Shown here: positions 15,001 through 27,000 of the stretch, piece by piece
Position numbering within the stretch: the stretch's first letter is position 1
Layout: every line of letters begins with the position of its first letter
Source of the DNA: Harriotta raleighana
Lineage: Eukaryota
Assembly (NCBI GenBank): GCA_050575255.1
Contig: JBNZDD010013677.1
Span: 1,174,584 to 1,238,583, forward strand
DNA length: 64,000 nucleotides
Direction: 5' to 3'
Notes under the pieces: generated by a model
The model's database searches: none
What the model saw: the letters and a program-made list of their open reading frames with translations, nothing else
What the model was told of the DNA's origin: nothing
Position numbers and translations under genes: made by a program

Positions 15001-18000
15001 ATCCATGCAGTTTGCTGATTTTAGCCTGCGTTATGTGAAGGGATTGAATTGACACTGGCCTTTTCAGGGTTAGGAAAGTGAAAACCAGCCCATGTTCCTG
15101 TCGCTGGTCCCTCTGCTCTTTGTGTTCTCTTGTGGGGGTGAGGAGTGGTCAATCTTGGCTGTGATGTCCTTTACAGTGGTATGGCCTGTCCTGCTCACTG
15201 GCAGTAGGGAAATGGAACGCAACCAATGACTGTGTGGCACTACAACTAGCAACTGAATATCAGACCAGGAGCAGAGAGTGGAATGGACGCCAGTAGGGAG
15301 AAAATTTGAAACAGAAAATGGACACAATAAATAAAATTGATATTAAAATTCTACCATCAAAAGCTGCCCTGCGCCTCTGAACTGTGACATTTCGTTACTG
15401 TTAATCTCGTTGCTGTCAGGAGCTAACAAACTTTTTTTTAAACCTCCCAGGGCCAGCCCGGAGAGCGAGGATTAGAGGGTGCAAAGGGACAGAAGGTAAG
15501 GTTACAAGTGAATGAATACTTCGCCTCTGTCTTCACAAAAGAAAAGGATACAGCCAATGCCATAGTATTGGAGGAGAGGGTAGGAGAAATGGATAGAATA
15601 ATTATAACCAGAGAGGAAGTTCTAAAAAGGTTGACGTCGCTCAAGGTGGATAAGTCACCTGGTCCGGATGGGATGCACCCTAGGTTACTAAGGGAGGCAN
15701 NNNNNNNNNNNNNNNNNNNNNNNNNNNNNNNNNNNNNNNNNNNNNNNNNNNNNNNNNNNNNNNNNNNNNNNNNNNNNNNNNNNNNNNNNNNNNNNNNNNN
15801 NNNNNNNNNNNNNNNNNNNNNNNNNNNNNNNNNNNNNNNNNNNNNNNNNNNNNNNNNNNNNNNNNNNNNNNNNNNNNNNNNNNNNNNNNNNNNNNNNNNN
15901 NNNNNNNNNNNNNNNNNNNNNNNNNNNNNNNNNNNNNNNNNNNNNNNNNNNNNNNNNNNNNNNNNNNNNNNNNNNNNNNNNNNNNNNNNNNNNNNNNNNN
16001 NNNNNNNNNNNNNNNNNNNNNNNNNNNNNNNNNNNNNNNNNNNNNNNNNNNNNNNNNNNNNNNNNNNNNNNNNNNNNNNNNNNNNNNNNNNNNNNNNNNN
16101 NNNNNNNNNNNNNNNNNNNNNNNNNNNNNNNNNNNNNNNNNNNNNNNNNNNNNNNNNNNNNNNNNNNNNNNNNNNNNNNNNNNNNNNNNNNNNNNNNNNN
16201 NNNNNNNNNNNNNNNNNNNNNNNNNNNNNNNNNNNNNNNNNNNNNNNNNNNNNNNNNNNNNNNNNNNNNNNNNNNNNNNNNNNNNNNNNNNNNNNNNNNN
16301 NNNNNNNNNNNNNNNNNNNNNNNNNNNNNNNNNNNNNNNNNNNNNNNNNNNNNNNNNNNNNNNNNNNNNNNNNNNNNNNNNNNNNNNNNNNNNNNNNNNN
16401 NNNNNNNNNNNNNNNNNNNNNNNNNNNNNNNNNNNNNNNNNNNNNNNNNNNNNNNNNNNNNNNNNNNNNNNNNNNNNNNNNNNNNNNNNNNNNNNNNNNN
16501 NNNNNNNNNNNNNNNNNNNNNNNNNNNNNNNNNNNNNNNNNNNNNNNNNNNNNNNNNNNNNNNNNNNCAGAGAAGATTGAGGGGAGACCTAATAGAGGTT
16601 TATAAGATCATGAGGGGTTTCGACAGGGCAAATAGAGAAAAACTATTTCCACTCGTGGGCGACCCGTGGTCACAGATTTAAAATAGTTTCAAAGCGAAGT
16701 AGAGGGGAGCTGAGGAGAAATGTTTTCACTCAGCGAGTTGTTCGAATCTGGAATGCATTGCCTGAAAAGGTGGTGGAGGCTGATTCGATAACAACTTTTA
16801 AAAGGGAATTAGATCTTTATTTAGGGAGAACAGGTCTATTAGGCTATGGGGAGCGAGCAGGGCAGTGGAATTAAATCGCTCTTTTCAAAGAGCCGGCACA
16901 GACTAGATGGGCCGAATGGCCTCCTTTTGTGCCGTAAAATTCTATGAATCTAAAAGTGTCATTACCTTGTAAACCTCTTGATAGCTGCTTTGTTCAAAAA
17001 TCTATTAAGTTATTGAAGGTTATACAAAATCGCGCATGAAATTCAATCACATCTGATCTGTTAGGACGAGAATACTGTTGTCCTGCTGCCAATGGCTGTC
17101 ACCCTCTCATGGGAGAGGACAAAGGATAGAGAGGGTCTCCGCACTATGAGACTTCTCTTAATGGGGGAGTTTTGCCATTGACTTCTTTCCATTTTGCTAT
17201 CGACTCCTGTAACAAGGTGCGTCTCTGTATCAAGGCCACTTTGACACTGGAAGGCTGCATCAGGAAATATACCAAGAAAATAATATAATTATTATCACGA
17301 TCACCAATAAGAGCAGAGACTTGCTATATCCTGACATGACCAGACTGGGAGAGGAGCCTGGTGTATCTATTCAGTGAAGGCCAGTATGTCTGACCAATGT
17401 GGGAGCTGACTTGACCTATTTGAACCCAGCTAGCCTTTCACTGGCTGCATGTTCCCGTGGATTGGGTGTGTGATCGAAGGAAATTTTTCCTGTTATGATT
17501 CTGATGGAAGCGTTTTTTTTTAAATAGTGGAGTAAAGATTACAATCTGAATTTAGATGAAATTCAGCAGGTAACATGGCAGCAGCTGAATGCTGTTTGTT
17601 TACTGTTTTGATGAGTTGACACGGTCTCTCCTCTACAGGGTAATGCCGGCAACCCTGGACGCATAGGGAAGACCGTGAGTCTATACGTAGTTTCCATTTA
17701 AAATCTTGTTCGTCTGTAATTTGTTGTTGTTATTTAACGTCAGATTTGTTTGTAACCTGTGCTGCACTTGATGTGGGGGTGTTGGGTGAGGAACTGTACT
17801 GTGCAGAGAGTGTTACCATATCCACTCAACAATGTTAACTCAACATTGTAAGTATCCAATCCCCAACTTTGTTTAGTTTATACACATTTGGCTTTCAATG
17901 ACAGCCGGACTATCTGGAAAACAGAACCCCTTCTTCATTATAGAATTGTCAGCCTTTTCAAATCATTTGTTTTTCTCTGCACATTTGTGTGTGTGTGTGT

Positions 18001-21000
18001 GTGTACCTTTTTGTTAGGGTGTGTGTCTCTCTGTGGTTTTTTTCTCTCTCTGGAATCTCTACATGTGGTTGCCAGATAAATATAATAGTGTTAGAATTTA
18101 GACTGTACAGCAAGTCGTAAACAGGCTTATTATCAGTTCCTGCAACCCTCAGAATAAAGACACTTTACAACCTGTGATCCCAGTTGGCCTTAAAACTAGA
18201 CGCTGATTCTGAATAGCCAATAGGTGCAATAAAAATTTGCGAGGGACATACTCACTGGAGTAACCTGATGTGCCCTCCTTTGTAACTGAAGCATACTTTG
18301 TATTGTTAGGGGAAGCGAGGCAATTCAGGCTTACAAGGACCGAATGGGTTGAAGGGCATCAAGGTAAGTAATGGGTATTTTTATTTTTCTTGTCTTTCGC
18401 TAAAGATTTTCACATGTTGCAGAGATCATCGGAAATCCATGGGGATGAAAGAAACAAAACAGTGCATTTTCAAAGCATCTAATGTGTAAAACTGTGATTA
18501 AATTATATAAAGACCCTGAGCTCATTTTGATTTCTAGATCAGATACAGTACATGGAACATAGTCCACAACCCAGAAGCCTCCTGTGTAATTACCATATAT
18601 TACTATTTGAGAGTTTTCATGAATGTTTTATATTTTTAAGGGTGATCAAGGGAACAATGGTAAAGAAGGACCACAAGGAATTCAAGGAGAAAAGGTTGGT
18701 GTAACAGTATGTTATAAGCTGTTGGAGGATTTCCTTTACTTAATGCAGTGGCCTCTGTATCATTCTGTAGCTCAGTGTTTAGGGCACTTGACTTACAAGC
18801 GCAAGACCTGCGTTCGAACCCAGGTAGGTCAGGGCGAAACCTTGGGCAAGTTTCCTTACTCCATACGCCTAATAATAATCCCGCCAAAAACCCCGCAATA
18901 TTAAAATTGATCATTTCAAACCACGATTGTTTGTGGGACACTGCTGTGTGCAATTGGCTGGCATGTTTTTCCCTCAAATATGCAGTCAATTCACTTTACA
19001 GTATATTCTGTGAAGCGCTTTGAGATGTCTAGAAGACGTGGAAAGTGCTACATCAAATGCAAGGATTATTATTATATCAAACTGCACAGAACACATGTTT
19101 CTGCACCTGTGAGATACAGCAAGTACAGTCATTAAATTCCCAGCTGCATCATCCTGCAGTGAGTGGCCTGGTAACGTGCGGCATTACAGCTCACAGCACA
19201 AATGGATATATATTGGTATGTGATATATCAGTGTGTACACCATAGGCGTTTATACTGTTGGGATGTATTCTATTGGTGTGTACTCTTCTGGTGTGTAGTC
19301 TACTGGTGAGTACTATTGGAGTCTATCCTATTGGAATTGGTTGCCACAGCTGCCACTGCAATCTCTACTTTCTCATAACACAGGGGGACAGATGTGCTGC
19401 ATGTTTGCCAACTAACCTCCAACCGACTGGGATCCGAAGAGGAGAAACAGGAAGCAGAACCTATGAAAAGGGAACATATTCTGTAGCTATGAGTCAGATT
19501 CAGATCCCGGTGAGTACCTCTAAATGCAAATCTTTCAAACGGAGACATAAACCCTTTAGGAAAACGGAGAGTGAGAGAATTAATTAAGTGAAATCAAAAC
19601 AGAAATCACTGGGAACATGCAGCAGGTTGGGCAGCATCTATGAAGAGAGGAAAACTAGTTAACATTTCAGGTCGATGACCTTATGTTGGTGTTCTGACAT
19701 CACTGTTACAAACCCTCCACATCGCCCTCACCCAGGCTTCACTAGCACCCGGAATGTTGACCGCTCAGTCTGTATCACCAGTAGTTATTATAGTTTTATG
19801 TCTGAAGCAGTTTACATAATATGGCATTTACAATTGTTCTTGGCATTCTGTTGCACACATGAATTGTGCAAGAAAGGAAAACATAATCTATCGCTAATCT
19901 ATTGCTGTTCAAAAGCTTTTGAAATACATTTTTTTCTGTAGCCTTTTACCCTTCCGATTTTCTCCTCCTCTCTGAAGATATTTAACTCCTCGTTGTTTTG
20001 ATCACATTTACACCAGGAATTACAACATTTGGCCCATCATATCGGTACTGGTATTAACTGCACCCCGCCCCCCACAAGAGATGTCAATTCAAATCCAATC
20101 GCTTGCTCTTCGCCTACCTTTTGATCATCTTTCTTCAAATCCATTTTAAACGCTGCTACCTGCTCAGTCAGTGAGTCAGTAACTAGAGGTACAAATTTAG
20201 ATAATCGTAGAAAGAATGGAAGGGGAAGTAAGAAAAAAAAGTATTTAGATGGAGAATAGTTAGAATTATGGACCTTTCTGCCCACAAACCACAAGTGAGG
20301 TATAGCTCAAGTGAAGAATAAAGAGTATGGAGGAGCGAGTGGCAGAGTGAGATAAGACTAGGTAGCTCATCTATAGAAAACAATGGGCAGAATTAGCTGC
20401 ATCTGTGTCAGAACATGCCACAGTTCCAACTCCCGAGAGAAATAAATAGTACAGATTCCGGCTGTTAAGGTGGTGAAAATGTTACTGTTTTTAATCAAAA
20501 TTGTGTTGGGATGCAACATTCCATGAACCAAGCAATCTAGTGAAACCTCTTTGACATTAATTCACCTTTTCCTGTTCCCCCAGGGTTTACCTGGGAAGCC
20601 TGGAATGAAGGGGATGAAGGTACGTTCCTAGAGGGTCACTAGGGGTGACTCAACACCCCCCTCCTCCAGCTACCACCACCATCAAGAGAGCCTCCGATCC
20701 TGGTGTTAACGGTGTTTACAGAGAACAGTCTCTAGAGAAGCATTTTCAGGCCAAAGTGTCTAAGGATCATGATGGGCACGAGGCAGACTTTTAATCTTGT
20801 TTCCCTGCCTTTTTTCAATATCACTCATACTTCTCAAATATCTATACATCTTCCTTCTAAATATCCCAGCGGATTTCGCAGACCCACTGGGGTTTCCCAG
20901 GGGATGCTAGGAGATATTTTCCCCTGGGATTGACCTCTGGCCCTATCTAGGAGCTGCTTGGCCCAGTCAGTAGCACTCTCACCAGAAGACTGTGAGTGTG

Positions 21001-24000
21001 GCCTCATATTCTCGACTGCCACTTCAGTGCAGTGCTGTGGAGTTCTCCCGTGTTGTTAAATCTCGTCTCAGGTGGACGCTAAAGATCACTGACACTATTT
21101 AAAAAGTAAAGGGAGTCCCTTCTGCCGATCCACCAGATAAAAATCTCCCAGATAAAATGATCATTTTCTTCATGTTGTCTGTGGGACTTCACTGTGTGAA
21201 TAATGTCAGTGTAATTACCAATATTGTTTAATGATTTGAGGCATTTGAGTTTGATAGTATGATTGGGTTTTGTAGAAGTGCCATTTCTTCTTTTTATTGC
21301 GTGGAGCTTTGGGGGAGAATTGAAGGTGTTTATTCTGCTGTTTGCAATTGGCTCCCACAAAATTTAGAGTCACTGCAATTTACAATATATTCTGCGAATG
21401 CAAGGATGATTATTATTTATTTCAGTAACCAGTGATTGTGTTAAACCTGATCTAGGGAGACACTGGGGAACTGGGAGATCCAGGAATGCCGGGTCTCGGA
21501 GGAATGTCAGGAATTCCTGGGGATACAGGTAGCCGAGGGCCACAAGGACTGAAAGGTCAAAAAGTGAGTTAACAATGAACAAAAGTCTTCATTTCTTGTT
21601 GTTGAATGTCCTACACATTAATGTCCCACGGCTGCTCCCAGCATTTCCTGTCTTTAAGGATCTGTCCTCCATAACCTTTAGCTCACATCTACCTTAACCT
21701 GATCCTCCCACTCTCCTCTGTAAACCAAAGCATCGAATGGGTGGTCCAAGGTACACAAGCAGGGGGAAAGCTTAGCAGACAGCTTATCACTAGTATACTC
21801 TAGGGTCCCCAAGCCTTGGCTCCTATCTTGGAGTCCTGTAGCTCAATGGTTAGAGCACTCGCCTTACAAGCATGAGACCTGTGTTCGAATCCAGGCAGAT
21901 TAGGGTGAAACCTTGGGCAAGTTTCCTTACACCACAAGCGCCTAATAATAATCCATCCAAAAAAACTACAATAATAAAATTGGTCATTTCAACCCATGGC
22001 TGTTTGTGGGACGCTGCTGTGCGCAATTGGCTGCCACGTTTTGCCCACAAATATACAGCCAATTCACTTCACAGTATATTCTAGGAAGCGCTTTTGAGAC
22101 ATCGATAAAATGTGAAAAGCGCTATATCAAATGCAAGGATTTTTTTTTCTATTATATTATCAACATATGCCTGATACTTTCCGGGAATTAAGTAAGCAGG
22201 ATACATCCCTCCAGGGAAAGAAAGTGCACATTTCATTCCAACTATCCAACTAAGCGCTCTGAGACACCATCCAGCGCGGAGGGCGCTATATAAATCTAAG
22301 TTGTTGTTGTTGTTATCTACCTGTGGAATTTCCATGTGCAGGTGGGATGCTTGGAATTCTCAGCTTGGTTTGGTTACTCTTAAGCACGGTGATGGGTTTC
22401 CTCATGTGCTAAACACCCAGCTGAACTGTTCAACATAGAACATACTGTATTTTCAGCACATAAAAACCAATAGAGGTCAATGTCTGTGCCATAGCAACTA
22501 TTATTTCCCGTTAATATCATCCCATTTTCAAGCTCTTTAAACATATTCCTTAATGGTATTATTGCTCTGGGATTATCCAATTCCTTTAGGATTAATATAA
22601 TAATATAATTATAATAATCCTTGCATTTGATATAGCGCTTTTCACATCTTATCAACGTCTCAAAGTGCTTCACAAAAATAATAATTCTGTTTAATAATAA
22701 CACAGAATAATTCAGCCTCAATGGTTGCTCGTGGTGATGAATTTGTGGATCCCATGCTTTAGTGGTTAGAGCACTTGCCTCGCAAGCCAGAGGATCTAGG
22801 TTTGATTCCCACACATGGCAAAACTTTAGGCACGTTTGCTTACTCCACGTGCCTCCATTTACCTAGTACAATAGTAAGTAGGAACCCCGTTTTTAGTTGA
22901 TTGGTGAATCTCTTTGACAGGATTAATAATCTCTTCCATTTTTTATAAATAATAATAATTTGATCACTCAATCCACAATTGTTTATGGGACACTGCTGTG
23001 CAGAATTGGCTATTGGGTTTCACCCACAAAATATACAGTCAATTCACTTTACAGACTATTCCGAGAAGCCATTTTGAGACGTCCTGAAGATGTGAGAAGC
23101 TGCTATATCAAATGCAAGGATTATTATTTTAATTCCAACAAATTGAGAGATCCTTTCTAACCTCTTTCACTCACAATTCCCTTGTCACCGATTCTCTAAC
23201 TAAACAATTTCTATTATCTACACTGTCATGCCTCTTCAGGATCTTAAAGTCTCCCTCCATTATAGGAACAGGAGTAGACCATTCAGCTCTTCAAGTCTAA
23301 GACTATGATCCCTTGTTTTGGATTTCCCCACCAGAGGAAATAGCTTCTCTATCTACCCTATATCACCCCTCAACCGTCTAAACGTTGTGTCCTTTCATAA
23401 TCTCCTGAGCTCTCNATAATAATTCTGTGTAATAATAACACAGAATAATTCAGCCTCAATGGTCGCTCGTGGTGATGAATTTGTGGATCCCATGCTTTAG
23501 TGGTTAGAGCACTTGCCTCGCAAGCCAGAGGATCTAGGTTTGATTCCCACACATGGCAAAACTTTAGGCACGTTTGCTTACTCCACGTGCCTCCATTTAC
23601 CTAGTACAATAGTAAGTAGGAACCCCGTTTTTAGTTGATTGGTGAATCTCTTTGACAGGATTAATAATCTCTTCCATTTTTTATAAATAATAATAATTTG
23701 ATCACTCAATCCACAATTGTTTATGGGACACTGCTGTGCAGAATTGGCTATTGGGTTTCACCCACAAAATATACAGTCAATTCACTTTACAGACTATTCC
23801 GAGAAGCCATTTTGAGACGTCCTGAAGATGTGAGAAGCTGCTATATCAAATGCAAGGATTATTATTTTAATTCCAACAAATTGAGAGATCCTTTCTAACC
23901 TCTTTCACTCACAATTCCCTTGTCACCGATTCTCTAACTAAACAATTTCTATTATCTACACTGTCATGCCTCTTCAGGATCTTAAAGTCTCCCTCCATTA

Positions 24001-27000
24001 TAGGAACAGGAGTAGACCATTCAGCTCTTCAAGTCTAAGACTATGATCCCTTGTTTTGGATTTCCCCACCAGAGGAAATAGCTTCTCTATCTACCCTATA
24101 TCACCCCTCAACCGTCTAAACGTTGTGTCCTTTCATAATCTCCTGAGCTCTCGCTAGGAAAACCCCCAAGATTAGTTGACCTCTCTTTGTTTCGTACATC
24201 TGTTATTACTCCCTGCTGTCGCTCTCTGATCTATAGCATTTATTTCACCCTTTGCTGTGCAGGGAGATCAATGTGAGGTCTGCCCCACCATTCCGGAAAA
24301 CTTTGCGGGTGTTATCGGACTTCCTGGCAGACCAGGACCTCAGGGTGATCTGGGGCACCCTGGCATCGGAGAGCCTGGCAAACACGTGAGTTTCTCATTT
24401 TTAAAACTGTAGTTTACACAACAACAGCTCACGCAGGGTAGAACCACAGAACGCTTCACAGTGGCTGAGCACAACAGGGAGGTGAACATAAGCACATTCG
24501 AAGAAGAAAGTCTTCAGGTGCAACCTGAGCATAGGGAAGGAGGGGGGGCAAGGCAGAGGGATTGAGGGAGAGTGTTCCAGAGTTTCAGGGCGTAGGGGCT
24601 GAAAGGGCAGCCACCAATGGTGGAATGAAAGGCACGATGGAAGCAATAGGCCAGTGCCAGATGAGTGTAGTCAATGATTGGCTGGCATATTCCATTATCT
24701 CCTATTCCAATGTTCATATGTAACTCAAGAACTGGTCTTAGATCACCTTAGTCACTAAAGCCCTTTGTAACCTCCCACTTTGATTTGTGAAGTTGCCATC
24801 CTCGCAGGTCTTCCCAGTCCCACCATCCACAAAGTTCAACTTGGAGAACACTTGGAATACACTGCACCTCAATCCTTACAAGTTTCCACTGGCTCCCTAT
24901 CTCTAAAAGGATGCATTTCAGATGCAAATTCCTTCATGCCCTTGCATCTCCCTGCTTCTCTAACTTGCTTGTATTCCACACTGAGGCCCTTTACTGCTGT
25001 GCATTCACAGGTCATTGTCTGTCAGCATTGGTGGCTGTGTTTTGAGTCACCTAACCCCTAATTTCAGGAACTCCCTGCCTCTATCCCTCCTGTTTATCTA
25101 TATTTAAATCTCACTTTATTTTAAGATTTACCTCTTCAACTGCGCCTATGGTCATTGAGCTCTCGCCTTTCTCCCTCCCTCCCTCCCTCCCTCATTGAGC
25201 GTTCAACCCTGCCACTGCACAATCCCACCATTCTTAGACAGTAGCCTGGGAAGATTGCTATACAAATGCAAATTGTTATTGTGGTTGTAAAACACAGAAA
25301 CACATTATATTGCAAGATGGAGACAGGCACATTGGGAGATGCATGCGATATGCCAAACAAGGGGTGATGGAATGCTCTTGAGGAGGAAGGCTGAGGAGCA
25401 GAGGGATCACAGAATAGGAGTGGAGCCTGACACAAAGAGACCGAGAAGAAAAACGAGAGCACAAATAGGATATTTTTTGTAATGGATTATTTATTCACTT
25501 TGTAAAATTTGAATTGTTTTAGGGTCACCCAGGAAAGCCAGGAATTCCAGGCATACCAGGTGTCAAGGGCGAGAAGGTAAGTGCTCGTGGTGATATTGTC
25601 AACAGTGTATTGGTCACGAGCACTGATTGAAAGCTAATGTGTTGTATGTTCAACAGGGACTTCAGGGACCAGCAGCAGAAGGACAGCTAGGCCCTCGGGT
25701 GAGTGAAGACCCTCTTGTCTGTGATACAGACATGCGTCGGCTTAGGGGAAAGTGGACATTTGTACCTAAATTCACGGGATGTGGTTAATAACTGTATGGA
25801 AGGTGTGATGGTATGTGAGCCAAGGAGATGGAGACTGCAAAAGAGGCAAACGTTTGTCTCCAAAAACAATTAGAGTTCTGTTATTTGTAAGAAGCTTTAA
25901 TGAATCCAGCATGATGGCCAGAAAGGTTTCGATAAAGATGGTACTTTATCTTATATTTCCAGCTTGTCAGTCTAAGTTTACTATCTCCTTCAGTATCTTA
26001 TTTTATCTGCACAAAAATCACAGTTAGCCCTGTTCCAGTAATGGTTTTTCAGTGTGTCAGAATGTCATCCAAAAATATTTTAGAGGATATAAATGACTAT
26101 TTGTATTGAAACATTTTTACTCATTTCCAGGGAAAAGATGGTTCAGTGGGAGCCAAAGGAGCAGCTGTAAGTAAAATACAAGAGAAAAGTGATGGTTCAC
26201 AGCAGGGTTGATTAACAGTGAATCAGGGGATTAAGTGAGGATCCTTAGATATTTATGGGTAACTTGACAAAGGAATTTAACAAAGGAACCCATTGCATCA
26301 CAGTGTCACAATACACCATGCCTGACACTTCGGCAAGTCAGTCATTACATATTAAATGTATTTATACAGTAACTTTTAATCAAAATAAGTGCCCAAAGAA
26401 CTTTGCAAATTAGAATTCATTATAAATATGCGTGTACACAAAATATATTCTCGACGGAAGAAATAATGGAAGTCCCAGAATTTAATTGAACCTAGTGCCG
26501 GACGCAAGAACAACAACAAAATTACATTTATAGAGCGCCTTTCATGTCGAGAGGACGTCCCAAGGCCTTTGGTGGGAAAGAAAGAGAGAGAGAGAGAGAA
26601 AAGCGAGTTGGCTTGTTATTTTGTGCAGCCTCACATATTGCAGTTTTGCTTTGTCTCCAGGGCATTCCAGGTGTTCCAGGTGGTCCAGGAATTCAGGGGC
26701 TGAAAGGCAACAAAGTAAGTGTGTAACAGAGAAAGCGAGACATTGAGTGTTCATCTATCATCTCAGAGCTGCCGTTAGGAACTGAACCATGAATTACCTC
26801 AGCAGCTCATGAGTTGAGGCAGGTATTGCCCTCTGGAGGTCATCGACAAGGCAGCAGCGAGGGTAGGTGGAGAACAATGCGGAGAAATGCAAAAGGGAGA
26901 GGAAAGCTAGAGAAAATACCTCTATCATCATTGATATATGTCGATATGAAGTCAAAGAGCATAGTGAGTGAGGAGTACAGCTGTATGGGGGCATTAAAGA

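Noticed and set aside
15508-16605. 365-aa ORF, the longest in the track
   Set aside because: Mostly N gap; the real residues are a CR1 ORF2 fragment
21830-21905. tRNA-Val(TAC)-like sequence with A and B boxes
   Set aside because: It is the head of a multi-copy SINE, runs straight into the SINE body, and lacks a proper acceptor stem; not a tRNA gene
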